64,000 nt of DNA from Macrostomum hystrix (Eukaryota > Animalia > Platyhelminthes): contig CATNEN010000038.1 of NCBI GenBank assembly GCA_950097015.1, positions 24,800,001 through 24,864,000 on the forward strand, given 5' to 3'. Below are positions 23,612 to 37,400 of this stretch, in pieces; position 1 is the first letter of the stretch, and the number at the start of each line of letters is the position of its first letter. The translations under genes and the position numbers were made by a program. The notes below the pieces were generated by a model. That model worked only from the letters and a program-made list of their open reading frames with translations, did no database searches and had not been told where the DNA came from.

Positions 23612-24835
23612 CAGTCTTGTACTTGATTTATACAGTTTCAGAAGCCGCGGGCTGGAATATTGATAGTGTAACAAACTAATTAAACAATGATAAAACATTT
23701 CTGAGAACTTAATAAAATAAACTGATCTTGACTCAAACAGCGAGTCATGTAGGGTCTCTGAGTCACAGCTATTTGCTGTTTCATATTGTCAAGAATTCAT
23801 TAAAAAAGTTTTTTCTGAGTTTACTGGAGCATTGTCCTTTGTTTTTATTCTTTCATTTCACGAAATTGCGATATTTGATACCGAGGTGGGAGTTTAAATT
23901 AAGAGTATTGGGTTTGGAGTCGAAACGAGGAAAATGTTTCATGGGTCTGGAGGAAGAAAAGAAGGGATCAAAGTAGTCAGGGAATTGAGGTACAACAAAG
24001 CTGGGATCGAGTAAGAACACGGTTATTGGGTGTACAACAGAGGGGATATTGAGGTAGAACAGGGGGATGGGGGATGGGGGAGCAGAGGGGATCGGGGTAG
24101 AATAGAGCTGCGATCGGGGTAAGAACAGAGGGATCGAGGTAGAACATCGAGGTAAAAGCGAAAGTGTTAGGGTGCAGATGGGTGCTAGAACGGAAAAAAT
24201 CTCGGGGAGAAAGGAAATCTGAGACAACAGCAAAGAAGGCGATCAATTGTGGCCGGGAGAGACTGGAAGAATTAATAGTGCGGAGAAGAAAGGAACCGTT
24301 AAGGAACCGTGATAACGGAAGAGAAACGGGTAAAACAGGTGTGGGACAGGAACGTTTGTTTCCATGCAACGACAATTGCGGTCCGCGATCGAGAAGGTAA
24401 CTCACGAGTGCCAGGCTGTTTAAACTTGATTTGATTAGTTGCTACTTCAAACCAAATAAAAAAATGCCTCATATAAAAATACTGATGTCATACAACGGGC
24501 TCATTGAACGTTATTACTATTGAAATATTGCAGCAAAAAGGCTTTATAATTTTTTTTGAGTTTTTGTTTAACTTTTCAAAAAAACCGTTATATTATTGTG
24601 GCTCCTATTTGAAATGTTGGCTTTCGTTTTTTAAAGTGAATTCACTTGCATCAAAGTACCTAGTACGTAGACATAAATTTTAGATGTATGAGTTCCAATG
24701 CATTTCCAAGGTAAAATTGTTGAACTTTAATGTTGTCATTTTTCGAGCAAAAAACTGTATTAAAGTTTTTAAGCTATAATGCGACCAGTTCGTATTATAT
24801 GATTGCTGGCTTATTAGCTTATTGTATTGTACCTT

Positions 24836-25655
24836 ATTATTATTATTATTTATTATTATTATTGCACACAGGAGGGCTGCGTGCAATCGCACATCATTTG
24901 GTGACACTTGACCGGCAGCCAGCGAGGAGGCAATTCTGCCCATTTTGCTGACTCCTGAGCGCACACACACTGATGCAGTAACACAGGCACATTCTCACAT
25001 GAGTCACATTCGGCTATGGTGGAGTTCCGTTCGTTATATTATTTTGCAATTCAAAATGACTGCGGACAGGTTAAACAAGTTTTACGACCAACGCAGCAAC
25101 ATTTAAACAACACGAGGACACTCAGAAAAGTTCATCAGAGGTTCATCAGTTCCTTATCTGTTCATCAAGTTGGATAGGCCCTAATAGTGGGACACCCAAT
25201 ACATGAAGTTGTCGAATGCATTGACTGGGTATAGACTCAAATGACTCAAATAGTTGGTGAGGCAACTTGAGCAACTTGAGCCGATAAGGTCTTGACTTGA
25301 GCCAACAGTCAATTTTAGACCATAGACATGCATATGCCACGTCATGCCAAATCGTCCGTTGCATTACTGGGCTTTTGGCACCATTTTGAAATTGAAAAAT
25401 AATATAACGAACGGAACTCCACCATAGCCGTCACATTCACATAGGTGTGTACATCTGCCCTGACTTTCTCATTGTCAGGCAGTGTAGACTTCACTGTGTG
25501 CCTTGGAGGTTGGCCCTCAAGGGCATAAATCGCACTATAAGTCCCCAAGACTTCTCTCTGTGGCTGCACCCCAATTTCCCCAAATAAATGTGGCATTGCT
25601 ATGGAATCAAACTTAGGGACCAAGAGGCAAATGTGTTAACTGCTCTGCCACCAAC
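24836..25655 (-). mobile_element. SINE family A copy interrupted by a MITE
   Basis: (ATT)n tail at 24836-24864 with the 3' body to ~25010; the body resumes at 25430 (ccctgactttctcattgtcaggcagtg...ttaactgctctgccac). Confidence 0.8.
25012..25429. mobile_element. 418-bp MITE with ~47-bp TIRs and 9-bp TSD (Mutator- or Merlin-like)
   Basis: Left TIR GGCTATGGTGGAGTTCCGTTCGTTATATTATTTT...CAAAATG is a near-perfect inverse of the right end. GTCACATTC is duplicated at 25003-25011 and 25430-25438. Confidence 0.88.
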
Positions 25656-27759
25656 CCCCAATATTATACCTTAGGGTAATGTATCATCAACCAAACAGTG
25701 TATCTTCAAAACCGAACAAGAATTTTGACTTTTTCCTTGGTCTCGTGCAAGACAGAAACAAGCTATTGTGTTTCACAGAACAACTAATTTGAAAGTTGAA
25801 GAAATTATCTACAGGCTGAGGCATGATGTGCAATGAAGCATTAAGAGGACAGAAAGATATTGTTGATGTTTCAGTAGAAATTTTTATTGCAAAAGCATAC
25901 TTTTTAACAACATTTTTTCAGTATGTACTTTAGACGAAGATTGTATGTGGTTGCTTGCCAATTAAATGACCATAAATGTAGTTATTTATAGAGCATGAAT
26001 AATGCTTTCAAATTACATAATTCATGATAGTTCACTCCTTGAAATAAGATTAAACCACTCACTCAAATTTTAAAACCAAACATCAAATTCTCTGTTTGGT
26101 TTGAAGATACATGAAAATCATTGTTTGGTTTTAGATAAAAAGCAGGAATAACTTTTTTTCTATTTGATAAAATAGCAAAAGCAGATACTTTTTAGAAAGA
26201 TGTAACTGTTTTCTATAACTTGGCTTTTGATTTATCATGATATCCTAAATATAAAATCTGTAGCTTAGGTTTAAAATTTTAAAAATACACATTCTTGTTT
26301 AGTTGATAATACATTACCCTATTATACTTTAAATTCTTACATTTGTTTTATTCTTGCTAGGCATATAACCTATAATATAGCACAGGGTACTGTTGTAATT
26401 TATCATACATGCGCAACCTCCCAAATCTTAGCCGGCCGTGCAACTTAGTTTTTGCTCTCATTTGCGACTTAGTTCGTTTAATTGCTCTATTTATGACTTA
26501 GTTTGCTCTCATTTGCTCTCTTTTTCTCTCCCCTTTTTCCTTTTCTTCACGCCTTCTTTTTTTGTCCCTTGGTCCCCCCCTTTGTTTTTTTTTATCTTGG
26601 TCGATTGGTTTTTGTGACTTACCTTGCTTAGCCCTTGTTTCACCCGGCTATATGATATGTATGATCACATTAGGCCCACTTGGTGCATCAATGAATGCTA
26701 AAAATATATTAAAAAGCTATCTGACCACATGCTAAGAAAGTTTTTTGTTTGCTTAAAAGTTAAAATCAGAAAAAGTGTGGCTTTTGCAAGTTATAATTAG
26801 GCCTTCAATTTTTTTGTCTTTAGGCCTAGGTCAATAAAAATCAGGTTGACCTAGGGCAGTGAGCATTTTTTCTAATCTTATTCAGAATATCACTTGTTAC
26901 ATTTGTATTAGTGCTTCTTTTGTAATAATACCTATCTTGACTCTTGAGCACAAAGTATAGCTATTAGCAATTTATATATGGTTAGGAATTCAGTGTGAGG
27001 CAATTGTATGCCAAATATTTGGGAATTAACCACATGAATATTGATCTCAACTATGCCAATGGGTTGGCTAGGCCTAGCTAAATAGTGTAGGCCTAGCTAT
27101 ATAGGCCCCCTAGTGTAGGCCTATGCTACATTTGTACCAATAGCCATTGGTTGTTTGTTTCTTTTTAGGCTTTGCAAATTCAATTTTGCTGTATATAATA
27201 TATATATATAAATGTATATATATACATTTTCACTATATTTCTACCAAGATAGGCCTACCTAGGTAAGATACATAGTTATAATTAGCTATAAGAGCATAAG
27301 ATTATAATTTGTAAAGTTATGATATAACCAAGTCATTTGCTAAATTATGCAAATTGTAAGCTAACTGATAAAGTAGACCAAATAGGGACACAAATGGGCA
27401 AATCTATACAATTATTTTAGAAATGTTATATATGTAAGCCAGTTAGGCCAAACAAATATTAAATCAATAGTATTGATATTGAAAATGATATTGCGGTAGC
27501 TACCAGAGATATTTTTACAGAGTGCTCAGATACAGTTGTATATAAATGCAACCTCGACTGTTTGAAAGTTACAGGCAGATTAATTAGTTATGGCCTACAG
27601 ATCATGGGAAAATTTTGGAGGTACAGATTTAAGGAAATTTTATTGTAGGCAAACTTGTGTTTCTAAAGGCTATATTTCTAGGGACAGTTAGGCAATTTAT
27701 AGAAAACTACATTAGGCTGTTACTTTAATTTTTATCAAAAAATTTATAATAATTCATAA

Positions 27760-28018
27760 TTGATTACACCTGCCCCAATCAGACCAAGTGTGCAGCCGAT
27801 AGCACAGCCGCAGCTATTGGGCTGCACATCTGAAGACTGCTTACAGCTATTAAGTCCATGGACTGGGGGGACGCCACACCCACCTTTAATTCTCCCAGCT
27901 AATGCTGGTACCCATTTAACAGCTGGGGGAACTTAAGCACTGCAGTGGAGTGGAGTCGGGAATCGAACCTCCGACCTTTAATTCGTGAGTCCGACGCCCT
28001 AACCACTAGGCTGCAACT
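27760..28018 (-). mobile_element. SINE family B copy (internal deletion)
   Basis: Shares tgcagccga.agcacagccgcagctatt, ggactggggg, cccatttaacagctggg and the tRNA head gggaatcgaacc...ctaaccactagg. Confidence 0.8.
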
Positions 28019-28487
28019 ACAAATGTTCTACCCAAACAGACCACAAATGCTAGTCTCTTTTTTAATCTGGGCTAAAGAAATAGATGTCACAGCTTTTTAC
28101 CTAGTAACATTATTGGCTTCCTTGAAATTCGAACTCTTGACAATGCTACAAAACTCCCTGAACTTAAACCTTGCAGATGCAGAAACAGTTAAAGCGACAG
28201 TTTGCCAAATTTCATCTTTTTAGTTTCCTAATGAAACAACATAATAAATTATGAGCATTAAAAACATGTATAGTATCTGAATTATTTTTCTAATTATGTC
28301 TAATTTCCAGCCTGCCATAACATGGAAAATGTCAAAGAAAAATGTCTTGAATGAAATAATTTATAACAAAAAGACAGCTAGACCAGTTTATCATTGACAA
28401 ACCCTGCTGTACTGCAACATTATATAAAAATCAGCAGTCCTGGATTCCCAGCAGCAGTCGGGGCCAGCAGCTGAGGCCAAAGGCCCA

Positions 28488-31400
28488 ATGTCTCTAATCC
28501 GTTCACTATTCAATTGCGTTCATCGGGCTGAGGATGGCTCCAATGAAGCTTCCCAGCCTAGCAATTACAATGCCAGAAATTTGATTGAGTACAGTCAGCA
28601 GCAGCAGCTAACTGGTGAAGCAACTATAGAACGGGTTGAGTTTTCATCTGCCCTACCCTTGTCTGGTAATCTGACCCAGCCTATTAAACAGCTGTTGATT
28701 CGTCTGGCCCGCGACTGCGCCGATGTGCAAGATTTATTTCGCCGACCGGGCAATCCTAGCGATGTTAAAAGAATTGTCCAAAGGCTTAGCTGCGGTCTGC
28801 CAGTTGACTGGGACAGTGTTAGTCACTGGACTGCCGCCAATGTCGCTAAAAGATTTCTTTTGGCCCTACCAGGCGGACCCTTCGGATCTGATGGACAGTC
28901 AGCTCTGCTGGCAGCTGTTGAAATCACCGATGCCGATGAGCGAATGGCCGCTGTCAGACTGTGAGCAATGCAATCTGGGTGCTTTGGAATACTTTTATTA
29001 AGTTCTTCAATCTCATTATACTCGCTTTTCAGGACCAGATCTAGATTTTTATTAAGGACCACCATTCTTCCACATCCTACACTGAACTTCCACATCCTAC
29101 AAGCCTGAACTTCCACATCCTTTAAGCCTGAACTTCCTCATCCTTCAAGCCTGAACTTCCACATCCTACAAGCCTGAACTTCCACATCCTTCAAGCCTGA
29201 ACTTCCACATCCTACAAGCCTGAACTTCCACATCCTTTAAGCCTGAACTTCCTCATCCTTCAAGCCTGAACTTCCACATCCTACAAGCCTGAACTTCCAC
29301 ATCCTTCAAGCCTGAACTTCCACATCCTACAAGCCTGAACTTCCACATCCTTTAAGCCTGAACTTCCACATCCTTTAAGCCTGAACTTCCACATCCTTTA
29401 AGCCTGAACTTCCACATCCTTCAAGCCTGAACTTAAACATCCTTCAAGCCTGAACTTCCACATCCTACAAGCCTGAACTTCCACACCCTTCAAGCCTGAA
29501 CTTCCACACCCTTTAAGCCTGAACTTCCACATCCTTCATGCCTGAACTTCCACACCCTTTAAGCCTGAACTTCCACATCCTTCATGCCTGAACTTCCACA
29601 TCCTTCATGCCTGAACTTCCACATCCTTCATGCCTGAACTTCCACATCCTTCATGCCTGAACTTCCACATCCTACAAGCCTGAACTTCCACACCCTTCAT
29701 GCCTGAACTTCCACACCCTTCAAGCCTGAACTTCGTCATCCTTCATGCCTGAACTTCCACATCCTTCATGCCTGAACTTCCACATCCTTCAAGCCTGAAC
29801 TTCCACATCCTTTAAGCCTGAACTTCCACATCCTACAAGACTGAACTTCCACATCCTTTAAGCCTGAACTTCCACATCCTTTAAGCCTGAACTTCCACAT
29901 CCTTCATGCCTGAATTTCCACATCCTTCATGCCTGAACTTCCACATCCTTCAAGCCTGAACTTCCACATCCTACAAGCCTGAACTTCCACATCCTTTAAG
30001 CCTGAACTTCCACATCCTTTAAGCCTGAACTTAAACATCCTTCAAGCCTGAACTTCCACATCCTACAAGCCTGAACTTCCACATCCTACAAGCCTGAACT
30101 TCCACATCCTTTAAGCCTGAACTTCCACATCCTTTAAGCCTGAACTTAAACATCCTTCAAGCCTGAACTTCCACATCCTACAAGCCTGAACTTCCACATC
30201 CTACAAGCCTGAACTTCCACATCCTTCAAGCCTGAACTTCCACATCCTACAAGCCTGAACTTCCACATCCTTCAAGCCTGAACTTCCACATCCTACAAGC
30301 CTGAACTTCCACATCCTTCAAGCCTGAACTTCCACATCCTACAAGCCTGAACTTCCACATCCTTCAAGCCTGAACTTCCACATCCTACAAGCCTGAACTT
30401 CCACATCCTTTAAGCCTGAACTTCCTCATCCTTCAAGCCTGAACTTCCACATCCTACAAGCCTGAACTTCCACATCCTTCAAGCCTGAACTTCCACATCC
30501 TACAAGCCTGAACTTCCACATCCTTTAAGCCTGAACTTCCACATCCTTTAAGCCTGAACTTCCACATCCTTTAAGCCTGAACTTCCACATCCTTCAAGCC
30601 TGAACTTAAACATCCTTCAAGCCTGAACTTCCACATCCTACAAGCCTGAACTTCCACATCCTTCATGCCTGAACTTCCACATCCTTTAAGCCTGAACTTC
30701 CACATCCTTTAAGCCTGAACTTCCACATCCTACAAGCCTGAACTTCCTCATCCTTCAAGCCTGAACTTCCACATCCTTTAAGCCTGAACTTCCACATCCT
30801 TCATGCCTGAACTTCCACATCCTTTAAGCCTGAACTTCCACATCCTTTAAGCCTGAACTTCCACATCCTTTAAGCCTGAACTTCCACATCCTTTAAGCCT
30901 GAACTTCCACATCTTTTAAGCCTGAACTTCCACATCCTTCAAGCCTGAACTTCCTCATCCTTCAAGCCTGAACTTCCACATCCTTCAAGCCTGAACTTCC
31001 ACATCCTTCAAGCCTGAACTTCCTCATCCTTTAAGCCTGAACTTCCACATCCTTTAAGCCTGAACTTCCACATCCTTCAAGCCTGAACTTCCACATCCTA
31101 CAAGCCTGAACTTCCACATCCCTCAAGCCTGAATTTCCACATCCTTCAAGCCTGAACTTCCACATCCTTTAAGCCTGAACTTCCACATCCTTCATGCCAG
31201 AATTTCCACATCCTTCAAGCCTGAACTTCCACATCCTTCATGCCTGAACTTCCACATCCTTCATGTCTGAACTTCCACATCCTTCAAGCCTGAACTTCCA
31301 CATCCTTCAAGCCTGAACTTTCACATCCTTCAAGCCTGAACTTCCACATCCTTCATGCCTGAACTTCCTCATCCTTCATGCCTGAATTTCCACATCCTTC

Positions 31401-34400
31401 ATGCCTGAACTTCCACATCCCTCAAGCCTGAACTTCCACATCCCTCAAGCCTGAATTTCCTCATCCTTCATGCCAGAATTTCCACATCCTTCATGCCTGA
31501 ACTTCCTCATCCTTCAAGCCTGAACTTCCACATCCTTCATGCCTGAACTTCCTCATCCTTCATGCCTGAACTTCCACATCCTTCAAGCCTGAACTTCCAC
31601 ATCCTTCAATCCTGAACTTCGTCATCCTTTATGCCTGAACTTCCTCATCCTTCATGCCTGAACTTCCACATCCCTCAAGCCTGAACTTCCACACCCTTCA
31701 AGCCTGAACTTCGTCATCCTTCATGCCTGAACTTCCACATCCTTCATGCCTGAACTTCCACATCCTTCAAGCCTGAACTTCCACATCCTACAAGCCTGAA
31801 CTTCCACATCCTACAAGCCTGAACTTCCTCATCCTTCAAGCCTGAACTTCCACATCCTTTAAGCCTGAACTTCCACATCCTTCATGCCTGAACTTCCACA
31901 TCCTTTAAGCCTGAACTTCCACATCCTTTAAGCCTGAACTTCCACATCCTACAAGCCTGAACTTCCTCATCCTTCAAGCCTGAACTTCCACATCCTTTAA
32001 GCCTGAACTTCCACATCCTTCATGCCTGAACTTCCACATCCTTTAAGCCTGAACTTCCACATCCTTTAAGCCTGAACTTCCACATCCTTTAAGCCTGAAC
32101 TTCCACATCCTTTAAGCCTGAACTTCCACATCTTTTAAGCCTGAACTTCCACATCCTTCAAGCCTGAACTTCCTCATCCTTCAAGCCTGAACTTCCACAT
32201 CCTTCAAGCCTGAACTTCCACATCCTTCAAGCCTGAACTTCCTCATCCTTTAAGCCTGAACTTCCACATCCTTTAAGCCTGAACTTCCACATCCTTCAAG
32301 CCTGAACTTCCACATCCTACAAGCCTGAACTTCCACATCCCTCAAGCCTGAATTTCCACATCCTTCAAGCCTGAACTTCCACATCCCTCAAGCCTGAATT
32401 TCCACATCCTTCATGCCAGAATTTCCACATCCTTCAAGCCTGAACTTCCACATCCTTCATGCCTGAACTTCCACATCCTTCATGTCTGAACTTCCACATC
32501 CTTCAAGCCTGAACTTCCACATCCTTCAAGCCTGAACTTTCACATCCTTCAAGCCTGAACTTCCACATCCTTCATGCCTGAACTTCCTCATCCTTCATGC
32601 CTGAATTTCCACATCCTTCATGCCTGAACTTCCACATCCCTCAAGCCTGAACTTCCACATCCCTCAAGCCTGAATTTCCTCATCCTTCATGCCAGAATTT
32701 CCACATCCTTCATGCCTGAACTTCCTCATCCTTCAAGCCTGAACTTCCACATCCTTCATGCCTGAACTTCCTCATCCTTCATGCCTGAACTTCCACATCC
32801 TTCAAGCCTGAACTTCCACATCCTTCAATCCTGAACTTCGTCATCCTTTATGCCTGAACTTCCTCATCCTTCATGCCTGAACTTCCACATCCCTCAAGCC
32901 TGAATTTCCACATCCTTCAAGCCTGAACTTCCACATCCCTCAAGCCTGAACTTCCACATTCCTCAAGCCTGAATTTCCACATCCTTCAAGCCTGAACTTC
33001 CACATCCCTCAAGCCTGAATTTCCACATCCTTCATGCCAGAATTTCCACATCCTTCATGCCTGAACTTCGTCATCCTTCATGCCTGAATTTCCACATCCT
33101 TCATGCCTGAACTTCGTCATCCTTCATGTCTGAATTTCCACATCCTTCAAGCCTGAATTTCCTCATCCTTCAAGCCTGAACTTCCATATCCTTCAAGCCT
33201 GAACTTCCACATCTCGCTATCCACAAGCCTGTATAAAGTTCTTGTTTCTGCTAATCGTCAAGTTAGTTGCATCGGGTCGCCAGAACTTCAACAGGCTTAT
33301 TTCACATTACCAAGTGCGCAGCATTTGTCGCTGGGTGCATGAATAAAAGTAGAATCCTATAGCTACATCTTAGACTACCCTGAGAAAGTACGCTTGCTGC
33401 TGAGGCTACATTTCACTCTGGCTAGATTTTTGTTGTAAATCTTCGGCAGGCCTGTTAGTTAGTTTTGTTCTGTGACTGTGTGTGGCCCACCTAAATACAT
33501 TCAGTTTCAAGGTCCGATTTAGCTCCGATTTAAAAAAACACACTGATTTGTATAGAGTGCGACTATTCGGTTTTCGGTTTGCATCTAGAAACTGAAACCT
33601 GTGTTTCTAAATCATTAATCTGTCATCTTCAACCTGCACCCTCCTGCCCCAGAGTCCTTGAGTCGCTGCCTCAGCCTGCTTGGCAGCTCGTTGCCCTCTG
33701 CTTCGGCCTGTGGCATCGCATGGTCTCGCTGTCTTTAGCGCCGTCGGCTAAAGCTGTCGAAGCCGTCGCAAAAAGTGTCGCCGGTAGCGTCTTTCACGCT
33801 TGCGCAGACGATCCAGTTAAGGTGGGTGCTGAGAATGCAAAACTGTCCATGTAGTCCTCTTTATGCCACCCAGACTGCTCACTGTACATTCTCTCATTCC
33901 CTGAAACCCGGCCCCAGCCCATAACACGGTACATTCTCTCTTTCCATTAACCCCCACCAGCTTTGCTATGTGCGTTCAACTCGTTACAAATGCAGCTTTA
34001 AAAATATCGTAACTCAACCAATCCAGGTGGAGCAGGCCTCTCGCGTAATGGAACTGCTCATCTCTGGCTTTGCCGACTCTCCGCTGTTCTGTCCGCAAAT
34101 GCGGCGCTATTTTGCCGATCAAATCGCTGTGGACTGCGGCCAAAGCTGTCTCGTGGCTAGCAGTGGACTAGGCGGATCAGGTACGAGATTCATTGTCTCA
34201 CTCCCTCTGATTCCTTGTGTCACTCCCTCTGATTCCTTGTGTCACTCCCTCTGATTCCTTGTCTCACTCCCTCTGATTCCTTGTGTCACTCCCTCTGATT
34301 CCTTGTGTCACTCCCTCTGATTAATTGTGTCACTCCCTCTGATTCCTTGTCTCACTCCCTCTGATTCCTTGTGTCACTCCCTCTGATTCCTTGTCTCACT

Positions 34401-37400
34401 CCCTCTGATTCCTTGTGTCACTCCCTCTGATTCCTTGTCTCACTTCCTCTGATTAATAACGTCCCTTTTGTGAAACATTCCAGCGCCCACTTTGGTCGAA
34501 ACAGACGCGTCCTATTTTCCATCCTGCAGTGTGAAAGGTAAATATTCGCTGTGATTTTAATCTTCATTTTGTGGTAATGTACTTGTCATGAAGTTTCTAG
34601 ATCAGGTTCTCTAAGGATTAATACCCAAACTAGTTTTTAGTTACACCTTTCTAATTATTTTTAATTCACTTGTTTATCGCTAGCTTATTCATGTTTCGCT
34701 CCATGCGTGTCAATTTTTTTCTTAATTTCCGCATAAATAGATTAAGCTTATTAAAAATTTCTGTGTGCACTCATCCTATTGTGAGTACAGTCTATATACA
34801 TTCCTTGAAAATCTTTCAAATCATGTCAACATAAATCACGCTAAGTGTACAGTCGACCTAATGTACATTCAAAGTATTATAGTTTCAACTCATCTAATTC
34901 AGTGTACACCTATGATGATTTACATCCGACTCATCTAATTCAGTGTACATCTATGATGATGTACATCCGACTCATCTAACTCAGTGTACACCTATGATGA
35001 TGTACATCCGACTCATCTAACTCAGTGTACACCTATGATGATTTACATCCGACTCATCTAATTCAGTGTACATCTATGATGATGTACATCCGACTCATCT
35101 AACTCAGTGTACACCTATGATGATGTACATCCGACTCATCTAACTCAGTGTACACCTATGATGATGTACATCCGACTCATCTAACTCAGTGTACACCTAT
35201 GATGATGTACATCCGACTCATCTAACTCAGTGTACACCTATGATGATGTACATCCGACTCATCTAACTCAGTGTACACCTATGATAATGTACATCCGACT
35301 CATCTAATTCAGTGTACACCTATGGTGATGTATATCCAACCCAAAGAACATAGAAACCAATGTATATTAGTTCAAATATGATCTAGACTTTGATTTCCAT
35401 ATTTACAAAAAGTATGAACCACTTGACGTCGCAGTTGATTTTGCACTGTTTTCGTTAAGCCAAATTGACACCACGCAATCTCAATTTTCCTGACTTTCCC
35501 GTTTCAAATGTTTGCTATTCCTAGATGCGCCAGTCGATTCGCCGATGCCCAGAAGCGGCTCGCTAACATTATTTAAGCCTGCCGCTGCTTCTTCGTCCGA
35601 GGATTCTCTGCTCTCCCTGGGCAGCACCCAGTCTGAGCTGCTGCTGCTGCTGCAACTGCCGCAGTCAAGAGACACGACTGTTCAACCCGACAGCAGCTTG
35701 CCGACTGCCAGTAGAATGGTGTGCCTTTGAAAATTAGAATATTTGCTGCATTACCAACTCGCGTTTGTCAGTAGTCTGTTCAAAGTGCTAATATCGATTT
35801 CTTGACATTCACTCTGTCACTCTCCCAGATCCTGAAATTAGACTGTCACTCTCCCAGATCCTCAAGTTAGACTGTCACTCCCAGATCCTCAAGTTAGACT
35901 GTCACTCTCCCAGATCCTCAAATTAGAAATGTCACTCTCCCAGATCCTCAAATTAGACTGTCACTCTTCCAGATCCTCAAATTAGGAATGTCACTCTCCC
36001 AGATCGTCAATTAAATTAGGACTGTCACTCTCCCAGATCCTCGAATTACGAATGTCACTCTCCCAGATCCTCAAATTAGGAATTTCACTCTCCCAGATCC
36101 TCAAATTAGGAATTTCACTCTCCCAGATCCTCAAATTAGACTGTCACTCTCCCAGATCCTCAAATTAGACTGTCACTCTCCCAGATCCTCAAATTAGACT
36201 GTCACTCTCCCAGATCCTCAAATTAGGAATGTCACTCTCCCAGATCCTCAATTAAATTAGGACTGTCACTCTCCCAGATCCTCGAATTACGAATGTCACT
36301 CTCCCAGATCCTCAAATTAGGAATTTCACTCTCCCAGATCCTCAAATTAGGAATTTCACTCTCCCAGATCCTCAAGTTAGACTGTCACTCTCCCAGATCC
36401 TCAAATTACGAATTTCACTCTCCCAGATCCTCAAATTAGACTGTCACTCTCCCAGATCCTCAAATTAGACTGTCACTCTCCCAGATCCTCAAATTAGACT
36501 GTCACTCTCCCAGATCCTCAAATTAAATTAGGACTGTCACTCTCCCCGATCCTCAAATTACGAATTTTACTCTCCCAGATCCTCAAATTAGACTGTCACT
36601 CTCCCAGATCCTCAATTAAATTAGGACTGACACTCTCCCAGATCCTCAAATTAGACTGTCACTCTCCCAGATCCTCAAATTAGACTGTCACTCTCCCAGA
36701 TCCTCAAATTAAATTAGGACTGTCACTCTCCCCGATCCTCAAATTACGAATTTCACTCTCCCAGATCCTCAATTAAATTAGGACTGACACTCTCCCAGAT
36801 CCTCAAATTAAATTAGGACTGTCACTCTCCCAGATCCTCAAATTAAATTAGGACTGTCAGTCTCCCAGATCCTCAAATTAAATTAGGACTGTCACTCTCC
36901 CAGATCCTCAAATTAGACTGTCACTCTCCCCGATCCTCAAATTAAATTAGGACTGTCACTCTCCCCGATCCTCAAATTACGAATTTCACTCTCCCAGATC
37001 CTCAAATTAGACTGTCACTCTCCCAGATCCTCAATTAAATTAGGACTGTCACTCTCCCCGATCCTCAATTAAATTAGGACTGTCACTCTCCCCGATCCTC
37101 AATTAAATTAGGACTGTCACTCTCCCAGATCCTCAATTAAATTAGGACTGTCACTCTCCCCGATCCTCAAATTACGAATTTCACTCTCCCAGATCCTCAA
37201 ATTAGACTGTCACTCTCCCAGATCCTCAATTAAATTAGGACTGTCACTCTCCCAGATCCTCAAATTACGAATGTCACTCTCCCAGATCCTCAAATTAGAC
37301 TGTCACTCTTCCAGATCCTCAAATTAGGAATGTCACTCTCCCAGATCGTCAATTAAATTAGGACTGTCACTCTCCCAGATCCTCGAATTACGAATGTCAC

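Noticed and set aside
23853-24405. Overlapping ORFs in a purine-rich tract; possible LINE remnant
   Set aside because: Low-complexity strand bias explains the open frames, and no recognisable endonuclease or RT motifs are present.
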